Positions 1 to 9,600 of a DNA stretch of 20,000 bases are shown one piece after another (within the stretch, counting starts at the first letter, position 1; every line of letters starts with the position of its first letter). The notes under the pieces were generated by a model. That model saw only the letters and a program-made list of their open reading frames with translations. It had not been told where the DNA came from and searched no databases. Origin of the DNA: an uncultured virus (IMG/VR IMGVR_UViG_3300046796_000566) (lineage: Duplodnaviria > Heunggongvirae > Uroviricota > Caudoviricetes); IMG/VR virus record IMGVR_UViG_3300046796_000566; one strand, written 5' to 3'. The translations under genes were made by a program, and so were the position numbers.

Positions 1-2095
1 TGTTGAGACCAATCCCAACTGGGAATGGCGGAGGACTTGGCTGAATTGCGGCGGCACGAGCAGCAGCTTCTGCGGCAGCGATTTCATGTGGGAGCAGCGG
101 TTGGCTATTGGTTACATTCGGAAGCACTCCAGGGATTACCGCTGGCGGAGCGCTGTTCGGAATTGGATTTGGAGGCCCTGCCACATTCGGAAGCGGCGGC
201 GATGGCACCATTGACGATGGTCCCTGTACCAGTGGGTTTGCAATTGCCAGTGACGGGTTTTTCGGGAACGCCGAAGCATCCATTCGACGGAAATCGCGAA
301 TATCTCCAAGGCCTTTTCGGAAAGCCTCGTTGAATTTTCCCATCTCATTCTTTTTGAGAAGACGCGATCCAAGACTAATAGCCGTCGTTGCGGGCGCTCC
401 AACCCCACGCACAATCAGCTGCGGTCCTTCCATGGCATGGTTCAAATAAGTCTGGATTGCCGAGTTGGATCCAAGGTTCGCATTCTGCACACGGCCAAGA
501 TAGACGCCGTCCCGGGCCTGAATCACAACGCTTTCCAGTTGACCGTAGAGACTTAGCGGGTTTGGCATCCCTGGCCGATTCGTCAACGACTCGACTGTTG
601 GGTAGAGCTCGGATCGAATGATATTGTTTCCGCGATTATAGACTGCCGCTGATGCGGCATCTGCATCGATCATCTTGCTTGGCGTTCCACTGTGGAAATT
701 ACTCATCGCCTGGTTCCAGTCCTGGCGGACATCATCCAGTCCACCAATGGTTCCACCTTTTGTCCTTACATCACTGATCGCCTTGTCATAAGACGGCCCG
801 TATGTTGAAAGCTGAGAAGGATGAAGCGCGTCTCTTTGTGCCTGCAATGCCGCGATGATATTCTCCTGTGCATTCATCAGCTGGCCGTTAGGCCCAAGCT
901 TTGTTCCGTTGATCGCCACGTTGCGAACCGTTCGGATCGCATTCGCAATCGGCGCATGCGCTTCATTGACAGCGCCTTCAGCCAACGCCATATGAATATC
1001 AGTCTGAGGGACGAACTGGCTGGGATTTTTACCAGACTGACGCCATTGACTGCGAAGCTCGCTATTAAGTTTTGTAAGTGCCGATTCAGAACCACCGCGC
1101 TCCATGTCGGAATAGAGCCCCGAAGATGGAAGGATCTCGTGTGGGTAAACACCAGCGCGATCCATGAAGCTTTGCAGGTATGGCGTATAGATACCTGCGG
1201 CCTTGAATCCACTACCGCTTCGAATACCGCCCTGAATGACAGTCGACAAGTTGTTGGCTGCCAGATCTCGAGCCTTCAGGGCATTCTGCGCAGATCGTGC
1301 AGATAGTGAACTCGACACAACGCCAGTGGCCGCATCCATAGCCTTTGGAAGTCCATAGGCCGTAAGCACCGTCCCAATGAAGCCACCAAGATCCTTGTTC
1401 TCGACATGCTCGGAAAGCTGTGTCGCCAGAGGACCGGCAATGGGTACAGACTGAACCAACCGGCCATAGGCCTGTCCGAAGTTTCCTTTCTTCGCTTCTT
1501 CGATGGCCTGTCCGAATTTATCCTTGGAGTCTTTAACTCCAAAGAGTCTTCGAAGAAATACTCCAGCGTCCGGCTGTACGCCTTCAATGGGCTCAAGCCC
1601 TCCTGCGCCAACAGGTCTCTTCATTGGCTGAGCGGATGGATGTAGTTTTCGCTCTTCTTCCGTTAACGGATCCGTTGCCGCATGGTGTAGCGATGAGAAA
1701 AATCCACTAGTCATCTCCGTGCCGACATCTCCAATTCGATTGATCACGCCGGGGATGTAGTTTAGATAGGGATGTTCAGCCTCGCTGAAAGCGAAACGCG
1801 CACGATTGAAATCCGTTCTGGACGGGGATGGGGCTGCCGGTGCCGGTGCTATTGGAGCGGCTGAAGGCGCGGACCATGACCCAGTAACGCCATAGCTTAT
1901 AGGGCCGCGACTGACGTTTGACTTTGGCTCGTTTCCTGGAGAGACCTGGAAGTTGTCATAGTTGTTTCCTTGGGCAACAGCCTTCATGCGGGCGTCGAGG
2001 TCTTTATCTTCCGGCGGCGATGGTGGCGCGGACGGAGTCTTCCCTCCGGCGGCGATGGCCTTCATGCGGGCATCTAGATCCTGCTCGGTGATCAC
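1..2095 (-). CDS. Large internal virion/ejection-type protein (partial, >=698 aa, runs off left edge)
   Basis: Not in the ORF track. By hand, the GTG at 2095 overlaps the TGA of the upstream gene (GTGA) and the frame is open to position 2: MITEQDLDARMKAIAAGG...PPPFPVGIGLN. It is the third and largest gene after the tail block, the usual position of podovirus ejection proteins. Function inferred. Confidence 0.7.
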   Translation of the reverse strand, partial: MITEQDLDARMKAIAAGGKTPSAPPSPPEDKDLDARMKAVAQGNNYDNFQVSPGNEPKSNVSRGPISYGVTGSWSAPSAAPIAPAPAAPSPSRTDFNRARFAFSEAEHPYLNYIPGVINRIGDVGTEMTSGFFSSLHHAATDPLTEEERKLHPSAQPMKRPVGAGGLEPIEGVQPDAGVFLRRLFGVKDSKDKFGQAIEEAKKGNFGQAYGRLVQSVPIAGPLATQLSEHVENKDLGGFIGTVLTAYGLPKAMDAATGVVSSSLSARSAQNALKARDLAANNLSTVIQGGIRSGSGFKAAGIYTPYLQSFMDRAGVYPHEILPSSGLYSDMERGGSESALTKLNSELRSQWRQSGKNPSQFVPQTDIHMALAEGAVNEAHAPIANAIRTVRNVAINGTKLGPNGQLMNAQENIIAALQAQRDALHPSQLSTYGPSYDKAISDVRTKGGTIGGLDDVRQDWNQAMSNFHSGTPSKMIDADAASAAVYNRGNNIIRSELYPTVESLTNRPGMPNPLSLYGQLESVVIQARDGVYLGRVQNANLGSNSAIQTYLNHAMEGPQLIVRGVGAPATTAISLGSRLLKKNEMGKFNEAFRKGLGDIRDFRRMDASAFPKNPSLAIANPLVQGPSSMVPSPPLPNVAGPPNPIPNSAPPAVIPGVLPNVTNSQPLLPHEIAAAEAAARAAAIQPSPPPFPVGIGLN

Positions 2096-3711
2096 TTAAC
2101 CCATCCATCTCGTTTCATGGCCGCTTTCGCTTTGGCAAAGTCCCCGTTCGCGATGATCTGGTAGGCGCGAATGACACCGTCGGGTACTTCTCCAACCGGC
2201 TGACCGGATTCATTGAGAGTTTTGACCATGGGCCGGAGCTGCTGGACGAGGGACTCCATGCTGTTCTTCAGGACCTTCTTGAAAACATCTGGGTTGCCCA
2301 GCATGTTACCGCGTTGTCCCAGCAGGGCTTCAAACGCCTGCTGTCCACGGAACCCAGTAGCCTGATCCACAGCTCGGAGTAGCTGAACGTCTTCGCCGAG
2401 TGATGCATAATCGGCAGCCAAGCTCGACTCGTCGGGAGTCAGTTTGGAATTGTCGGCCACAACCAGCTTCATGGTTCCATCCGGATTCGACGCGATCTTC
2501 ATCTGGGCACGCTTGATAACGCTGGACATGTCGACCTTGCCGAATCGATCCAGAACGCTGGCCATTCGACCCACGGTTCGCATATAGGCTTCCGCATTCT
2601 GGGATGCTTTCATGACCTGCTCCGGGTTCAACGACTTTGCGCCGACCCTCACTGCGCCACCAGGATTGACGCTTGCTTGAGGCGATGCTGGTTTGGCCAC
2701 TGGAGCCTCTCCAGGTGCGGGAGGAGCCGTGGGCACCGGCACTCCAGTCGATGGCGACGGCGCTCCGGTGGACCCTCCAATACCGCGCCCTCGCTCAGTA
2801 ACAGTGGTGACTGGGACTAGTACGGTACTTCCATCGGCCTGACCGGCGAGCTTGAACCCGTGCTCGATGGAATCCAGCGGAACTCCCTGCGGAGGAGTCA
2901 GCCCGATATCGGTATGCCTGGTGACCTGACCGCTCTTATTCGTGGTGAATCCAATCCAGTGCTGATTTTCATCCTGCGCCCAGCGCATCGTTCCCTGTGG
3001 GTTCAACGTGGGAGTTGCCGATACCATCTCTCCAGCCTGGTTAAGTCGGACCGAGTAAAGCATCCCGGGCTTCTTGTCAATCGGCATTCCTGCGCTATCC
3101 TTCTCCAATGTGATGTCGGATCCGGCCACATTGTTCACAGTGGATTGCGGAGGATTGATCATCGATGCAGGGATCTTCAGCGCATACTCGGTCGCCAGCT
3201 TGTCGCTGATGCCCGGATTCATCCGCTTGATCTGGTCGTAGAGATTCTGTCGATCCGTCACTTCTGCTGCGGACTTGGTGGCCATCTGGCCCGTCAGGGC
3301 CGTGTTAGCCATCTCCTCTTTCTGCTGCGGCGTGTATCGAGTTCCCAGACTCATCTGATATGGATCCGTTGGCGGAGGAGCAACCGGTGGTGGAGCTGGA
3401 GCCATATCCGGTAGTCCCGGAACCATGGATGGAACCGACGGAAGCTGTGTCGGAGCTTGAGGTTTTGGTTGAACCGTGAAGCTGAAGTTGGTCCATTCCT
3501 TCGGGATCTTCTTGCCCGGCTCGAGCGTATGCAGGCCAATCATGCGGTTGGTGGCCTCATTACGCACCTCGGGCGGAGAGTCCGGATCCTGCGAGATCTG
3601 GAGATATTTCTCCGACAGGTCCTTGGCCTGCTGGAACTGCATGTTCAGCAGATTGGTGTTGTGCTCATGACCCGCTTCGGCGAAGCCGGAAAGAATGTCG
3701 CCCAGAGCCAT
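2092..3711 (-). CDS. Putative ejection (DNA transfer/internal virion) protein, 539 aa
   Basis: Long ORF with AGGAGG upstream. Helical Gln/Ala-rich segments are separated by Pro-rich linkers. Middle member of a small-medium-large trio downstream of the tail genes, as for P22 gp7/gp20/gp16 and T7 gp14/15/16. Confidence 0.65.
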   Translation of the reverse strand: MALGDILSGFAEAGHEHNTNLLNMQFQQAKDLSEKYLQISQDPDSPPEVRNEATNRMIGLHTLEPGKKIPKEWTNFSFTVQPKPQAPTQLPSVPSMVPGLPDMAPAPPPVAPPPTDPYQMSLGTRYTPQQKEEMANTALTGQMATKSAAEVTDRQNLYDQIKRMNPGISDKLATEYALKIPASMINPPQSTVNNVAGSDITLEKDSAGMPIDKKPGMLYSVRLNQAGEMVSATPTLNPQGTMRWAQDENQHWIGFTTNKSGQVTRHTDIGLTPPQGVPLDSIEHGFKLAGQADGSTVLVPVTTVTERGRGIGGSTGAPSPSTGVPVPTAPPAPGEAPVAKPASPQASVNPGGAVRVGAKSLNPEQVMKASQNAEAYMRTVGRMASVLDRFGKVDMSSVIKRAQMKIASNPDGTMKLVVADNSKLTPDESSLAADYASLGEDVQLLRAVDQATGFRGQQAFEALLGQRGNMLGNPDVFKKVLKNSMESLVQQLRPMVKTLNESGQPVGEVPDGVIRAYQIIANGDFAKAKAAMKRDGWVK

Positions 3712-4437
3712 TTATGGCGTACCTCCTGGAAGCTGGACCGGCTGGCGCGTGGTGCTGGTTGGAGGCAGGCCGCCCCGGTGAATCAGGCTGATCACGTCAG
3801 GACCATACTTGTTGATCAGGTCGAACAGTCCCGCGCCAATGGACTTTGAGTTCTCGGTTTGCTGCTTTCGAATCGCTTCCTGGTTGGAAAGGATATCCCG
3901 TCCAGCCGCAGTCGAACTCAGGATCGCATTGTTGGCCGCGTTGAATATACCAGTACCGGCATTGGTGGTTTGATTCGCGCCAGCAAGAAGGCCCGCCGCC
4001 GCCTGTGGACGAGCCTGCTGCAGCACATTGGTCACGTCCCGTTGCTGTGCGAATGGAAGCTCCGCGTTGAACTCGGAGCTGGGGCCGCCCCTTGGGTTTA
4101 ACGCGGACGACGCGTTGGTTGCAGCGGAATAACCTTCGGCAATGCGATTGACTTCCGGGGCCATGGCCGACATCATGTCGCCGCGATTGCCAGACAGGAT
4201 CTTCGACCAGTAGTTGAGCACCGGCTGGTAGCCCGCCGATCCCATCGAGATCAGGTTGCTGCCTTGTGGCGCGAGCGCGGTGCCGGAGGCCAGCGATTTC
4301 TGTTGAGCCTGGAGATCATTGCCCAGCACCGGCTTTTCAGCGGACGTGGGCCCAGTACCGGCCTTGGCGAGCTTGTTGGCCAGAAGGCCGCCACCAATGG
4401 TCATGCCTGCTCTTGCCAGCCCTGGAATGATCTGCAT
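3712..4437 (-). CDS. Putative small ejection/pilot protein, 241 aa
   Basis: AAGGAG RBS. Gly/Ala-rich hydrophobic N-terminus (GLARAGMTIGGGLLANKLAKAG) and Ala/Gln/Asn/Gly-rich body. Lies immediately after the GNAT-like gene. Confidence 0.65.
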   Translation of the reverse strand: MQIIPGLARAGMTIGGGLLANKLAKAGTGPTSAEKPVLGNDLQAQQKSLASGTALAPQGSNLISMGSAGYQPVLNYWSKILSGNRGDMMSAMAPEVNRIAEGYSAATNASSALNPRGGPSSEFNAELPFAQQRDVTNVLQQARPQAAAGLLAGANQTTNAGTGIFNAANNAILSSTAAGRDILSNQEAIRKQQTENSKSIGAGLFDLINKYGPDVISLIHRGGLPPTSTTRQPVQLPGGTP

Positions 4438-4440
4438 GGC

Positions 4441-4791
4441 TTAAAACTCCTTCATGAATATTTTTGCCGGGAGCGCGGTCATCCCCACATGCTCGGCCAT
4501 CCTGTCAATGATTTCCTTATCACTGAAACAGTAGATTCGCAATCCTTTATCCGAGGCCACCGCGTCATGGATCGTGTTGTAGAGCGACTTGAAGCTGACC
4601 TGTGGCGAGGTCAGGATCAGCGGCTCCATGTGCAAGGCCAGCTGCAGGAACAACACGCCCACAATCTCGCCAGCTTCATTCTCGGCCACTGCCGCTGATG
4701 CGGCGTCCGATGACGGGATGAACTTGCCGTCCATGATGGAGGATAGTCGGCCCCATTCCTCTGGAGGAAGGATTCGATAGTTAATGGACAC
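4441..4791 (-). CDS. GNAT-fold virion assembly protein (T7 gp13/P22 gp14-like position), 116 aa
   Basis: Pattern YRILPPEEW...AVAENEAGEIVGVLFL...RMAEHVGMT resembles GNAT beta1/alpha1, beta2-beta3 and the C-terminal helix-Gly. Lies just before the ejection genes. Confidence 0.6.
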   Translation of the reverse strand: MSINYRILPPEEWGRLSSIMDGKFIPSSDAASAAVAENEAGEIVGVLFLQLALHMEPLILTSPQVSFKSLYNTIHDAVASDKGLRIYCFSDKEIIDRMAEHVGMTALPAKIFMKEF

Positions 4792-5065
4792 TTTGTTTTC
4801 TCGCTTTCTTTTTCTCTGGCTCGAGGATCTTCGCCGACGTCCATGTGCCAGCAGGAAAGATCTCCATGTTTTGCCGTGTCATCGTTCCATCCGCAGCTGG
4901 AACCATTCGGAAGATCCATAGGTCTCCGGTTGCGAAGTATTCATTGACCTTCGCGATGGCCCCGGTTGATGTGATGCGGTCCACGAGAACCGACAACCCC
5001 ACACTGAATGCCGCGTCCAAATACACCAACTCTTTACCCGCCACGCGAATCGAAATATCCATCAC
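4781..5065 (-). CDS. Hypothetical protein, 93-94 aa
   Basis: Fills the operon gap. GAGGTG RBS, start overlaps the upstream stop (GTGATG), and the 3' end overlaps the next gene. Confidence 0.65.
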   Translation of the reverse strand: MMDISIRVAGKELVYLDAAFSVGLSVLVDRITSTGAIAKVNEYFATGDLWIFRMVPAADGTMTRQNMEIFPAGTWTSAKILEPEKKKARKQSVH

Positions 5066-5424
5066 TTCACCTCGTCCGGAAGAACCTCAAAGGTTCGCTT
5101 GAAATCATGTTTTCCATCAAGCACGCGATGAACTACAGCGAATGCAATGTTGCCATATCGAAAACCATCGACGTTCAGCTTTTCCTGAAGGTCTTCCAGG
5201 GCTATTCCGTTTCGCATGACCGTATGCATTAGTGCATGCGCTTCTTTGCCGGTCAGCACCTCTCCGGAATCCAATCGAGCCTGAGCATTCACAGCATCCG
5301 TCATTAGAGTGGTTGCCTGATCGATCTCCTTGCCGGGCTGCATCAGCGTGTCCAGCTGCGGCAGTGTCTGCCTCATCGCTGCTTCAGCCTGTTGGTGCGC
5401 TGCGAGCTGTTCCAATGTTGTCAT
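5062..5424 (-). CDS. Hypothetical helical protein (~120 aa), possibly a fibre-associated chaperone
   Basis: The track gives 5062..5442, but GGAGG lies 5 nt before the ATG at 5424 (MTTLEQL), which is the likelier start. Gln/Ala-rich helical sequence directly after the fibre gene. Confidence 0.65.
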   Translation of the reverse strand: MTTLEQLAAHQQAEAAMRQTLPQLDTLMQPGKEIDQATTLMTDAVNAQARLDSGEVLTGKEAHALMHTVMRNGIALEDLQEKLNVDGFRYGNIAFAVVHRVLDGKHDFKRTFEVLPDEVK

Positions 5425-5441
5425 GTTTACCTCCGCGCTCA

Positions 5442-6680
5442 TTATAGCCGGTAGTAGGGTAGCAGCGTCATGTGCAGCGGTTCGGCAGTCGCCGATACCG
5501 TCAGGCTGGAGCCGGTATGGGAGTGCGCCGATCCCGCTCCGGATGTTACTGGGCTCCCAGAGAATGTCAGGGATAGTGCCACCGGACTTCCCACAATCGT
5601 GGATTCGGTCGACCCAGTAATCAAATGAAAATGGTCAGCAACCGTGGAGGTCCATGTGAGTGAGCTTCCTGTATGGGTATGAGACAGGCCACCAGAAACT
5701 GCATCCGTATCTCCAACAAAAGTTCCGTTATGGGTGTGGACACTGTCGGCAACAGCAACGTCGGCTGTTACCTGCGACACAATAACAGTGGAGCTGGGGC
5801 CACCGACAAGGACGCAGGCGCTATTGACATGATGAATATGGTCGACATTGGTCGATCCGGTATTTCCGCCGATTGTTCCAGAAACAGTCCACGCCGTTCC
5901 ATCGATGAAGACGGCATGAGACATAAGCGCGTTTCCGCCATCAATCAAATTGTCCAGCAGGACATGGGCATGTGCCGGAACATTTCCGGTTACAGATCCT
6001 GCGGCGGTCACGGAGTGTGTATGTGCGCTCTCTGTTCCAGTCGATCCAGAGATTGTCGGGGCAATCGCTGCCGTTGCCGTTGGGCCGCTATAAGCATTAC
6101 CACCACGGATGTAGGGATTGCCGGTGATCAGGTCGGGGACAGTGATGGCATTGACTGCCCCGGCCCCTGTGCTCTGGTTGACTCCAGCCGATCCATCGCA
6201 AAGATGCCAGCCGCTAGTTCCGGGAGCAAATTGAAACCAGCAGATGGCTCCCGTTGTCCGCTCAAGGGCCTGCCATGCAAAGCCGGTCCACAGATACATG
6301 TGATCAAAGTCGGTGGCGTAGAAGATGACCTGATAGGCGTTGAGGATTGTCAGGAACGGTTTCGTGTTTGGAGACAATGTTCCAATAACGAACGTCGTTG
6401 TGAATCCGCCTGGCACAGCCGGGCTGGATGCTGCGGGTGTTCCCTGAAGGTCCTGCAGGTTCAATGGCGCAGCCCCTGGAGCCTGCAACTGGTCGCGGAT
6501 CAGCTTCGCCAGATCGGCGATGTCCTGCGGAGACAGGTCCGAGAGCGAGAACTTCTTTTGCGGAGGTGGTGCCGAGGCTCCCGGGATCCTGTCAATCGCA
6601 AGACGGAACTGCTGAAGGACCAGCTCCGTGCCTTCAGGAGTCCGAAGGTCCTCGACGGTGAATAGGATGTTGGATGCCAT
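5442..6680 (-). CDS. Tail fibre with tail-collar domain and His-x-His needle, 412 aa
   Basis: Collar-like motif TGAICWF...GWHLCDGS...VPDLITGNPYIRGG, seven HxH motifs, and C-terminal EPLHMTLLPYYRL. TAATG coupling to the upstream gene. Confidence 0.8.
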   Translation of the reverse strand: MASNILFTVEDLRTPEGTELVLQQFRLAIDRIPGASAPPPQKKFSLSDLSPQDIADLAKLIRDQLQAPGAAPLNLQDLQGTPAASSPAVPGGFTTTFVIGTLSPNTKPFLTILNAYQVIFYATDFDHMYLWTGFAWQALERTTGAICWFQFAPGTSGWHLCDGSAGVNQSTGAGAVNAITVPDLITGNPYIRGGNAYSGPTATAAIAPTISGSTGTESAHTHSVTAAGSVTGNVPAHAHVLLDNLIDGGNALMSHAVFIDGTAWTVSGTIGGNTGSTNVDHIHHVNSACVLVGGPSSTVIVSQVTADVAVADSVHTHNGTFVGDTDAVSGGLSHTHTGSSLTWTSTVADHFHLITGSTESTIVGSPVALSLTFSGSPVTSGAGSAHSHTGSSLTVSATAEPLHMTLLPYYRL

Positions 6681-9600
6681 TAGCCCTGGACCATCGCATA
6701 GTCGCTAAATAGACGCAGCTCGGAGTAAGGACTGTCGCTTCCCCAGTTCTTTACCTGGAAGAAAGAATCTCGCGGATCCAATCGGAACGGCGTGGTTCCA
6801 TCCGATGTGGCCAGGCGAATCTTGTACAGCTTTCCCTTATATACCGGCACGCGAAATACTGTCTGGACGTAAGCTCCCCCGGAGTTCGTAATCGTCAGCG
6901 TGGGCTGCGCGACTCCATCGATGGTCACGATCAGGCTCAGGTCCACGGTCGAAACATGCGTCACCTTGCAGAGACCGAAGTGCTTGAAGTCTTCCATTCC
7001 AAATGTGGTCGGGGAGATTTCCCACGACAGCGCCGAGATCGGCGCGGACTCAAACGTCCACCGTGGCTCCCAGATATAAAAGATGGGCCGCGAGGAGGTG
7101 GACACCGAGGCCGTCAATGTCAGTCCAATATTTCGCGCCGTGTTCCATGCGGAGCTGGTTGGAATTGGAGTTTGCAGGCGCGATGCGGTCGTTACCGATA
7201 CCGGCGTTCCCGAAGTGGCCGCGTTGTTGAATGTCGGCGTTGCCGTCACGGTCACACTCGCTGTGTTGGCATCGAGCATGATATCGCCGTAGAGTTTGTT
7301 CTGCCGTGGGTCACCTTGATCGGTCGATGGCGTCGTGATGGCGATGGTGAACGCCGATCCCGCATCCGAGACTCCAGAGTACTGGTAAAGATGCGTGCTG
7401 CTGGTGGTACCGACTAACAGCGAATGAACTCCGGAGCCTTCTTCTCCGTAATGGAATTGAGCCGTCGGCGTATAGTTATCCCAGAACCATGATGTCCCGC
7501 CTTGGCCCAGATCAAAGGCCAGCACCAGCGTGGCTTGGGATACCGCTCCACCGGACACAGCCGCATAGTCGAAGTACAAGAACTCGTCGTAGTAGCACAG
7601 TCTCAGGTTCGCCGCCTGAGCGGAGACAATGTTGGGCGCAGCAACGCCGTTGGTATGATTGCCGAGGTTTCCTTCGTTCGGGAATAGAGGGTAGAGATCA
7701 TCATCGGTCAGCGACTTTGGAGATCCTCCAGTCGTGATGTAGATTCCATCCTTGCCGAGAAATGAGATTGCCGGTGCCGGTTCCCGCGTCAATGCCCAGC
7801 GAGCGAACAGGCCCTTCCCGTTGGGAATGATCTGGCTGATATAGGGATGCTGCGGATCATTGTTGGGCAAGATCTGGATGAAGTTATCGGAGCTGAACAC
7901 GTAAACACGGATGTTATATTCCAGCCCATTCATCAACGGTTCAGACGGAGACGTCACGTCCAGGTAATTGGTCGATGTCGTGGTCTCCGAGTTTGGATTG
8001 CTGTAGTACAGCCGTCCGGGGTTGGTGGAGTCTCCGCAGGCAAAAAAGATATTGTTGCTCTCCCACAAACACGGCAGCGGCTGTGCCAGGATCGTCGGCT
8101 GGTCGATTCTCCATACCACCGAGGTCTGCGATCCTGCGTTCTCCACGATCTCCAGCCGCGATGTCGAAATCACGCGATAGATGTGGTAGGGCTGGTTGTT
8201 GACGAGGATCAGTGTTCCCTGCGCCCATGAGGTATTGAACGTGGTGCCCGAATCATTGATCGTGGTTCCCGAGACTGTTCCTGTCGTGCCAGTGACGGGG
8301 GTTCCAATGATCGGCCATGGCTGTGCATTATTGTTGGACTGGATGGGCTGGCCCACCACCACGTCATCTGGATAGATATCGGCAAAAGATGGCGATGCAG
8401 CGTTCGCGATGGTTCCAACGTAATGCCAGTCGGGGACTTCTCCGCCAAATCGATCAATGTCGATCACAAAGTCCGTGGTCGACAATGACGTTCCTGATGG
8501 AGCCGCATATTGCGTCGGAGACACGGTGACCGACTGCCGGTTGGCCAGCACGGGATATCGCGTGGCTGGAGAGAAATTCGAAGCCACATTGGTTGCCGGG
8601 TTTCGTGCGCGATAACGATAGAAGTAGGGAGATGCCGTGACCGAATAGCTGTTGGGTCCATACCCGCCACCAATCCACCACGCGCAGATATCGACGTTGA
8701 TGCTGCCGGTGGCAAGCACGACCAACTGAACTGTTGCCACATTGGCCAGTGAACGACTCTTGTCGGTTCCCACGCGAACCAGTGAGGACAGCGGAAAGGT
8801 GATCTCTACGAATTGAGAAGCTCCCGAATCCAGCTGCGCGGAGATGGCGCTGTTGATCTGGGCGAGCGTGGTCTGCTCGCTGGCGACGGTAGCCTTCTGG
8901 GTATTGAAATAATCCACGGCCCTTTGGATAATCGGCTTCGATGGCTCGAATTCATTGGGGACGCCTTTATAGGGGCTGACCGGAGTATCGACGATGATGC
9001 GCTCCATCAGGTCCTGCCGCGTGGCCAACAACGATTGCAGGTTCGATACCGATGGGGTCAGGTCTGAGGCCCGCATCGAATAGGTGTAGAAATTCTGCGT
9101 GAAGGTATTGACGGAGGAATCCACATCGAGCTGGACCTTCAATTCCGTGAGAAGCGTCTGGTCCGACACTCTCAAGGATACATGCATCAGGTCTTCCGGC
9201 TTTGCCGAGACCGTGCTACCAACAATGGTCAGGTCCAGCGCTGCGGTCTTGGTCAATGTTCCCGTGCCGGTGGTTACAGCGGTTCGAAGGGCGCTTTCGG
9301 TCAGCGTGTTGGTGGCTGCCCGCGTCCCGGTAAAGTAGGCGCGGAATGTGGGCAAGACCTGGACATTATCCCCGGCAACCCATGTTCCGGTGGTCGACAC
9401 GCGCAAGGATATGGACCCGTCTGGACCGGGGATTGCTGCAACAATACGGACCGTCTCGTTGGCGGCTCCCGTGTTGAGAACCAGGACGTCGGCGGCAGCT
9501 TCTGGGAATGAGGTCGCCAGGACAACAGAAGCCAGTCCCGTTGTTCCGGAATCATAGATGACCGAAGCCACGGTTGTGGAAGCAGTGCCCGGGTAGACGG

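Noticed and set aside
1..2091. Apparent gene-poor region with short mixed-strand ORFs in the track
   Set aside because: Explained by one uninterrupted minus-strand ORF that lacks a stop inside the window and was therefore not listed.
5442..6030. Fibre tip as a diversity-generating retroelement target
   Set aside because: No reverse transcriptase and no template/variable repeat pair differing at adenines was seen within the window.
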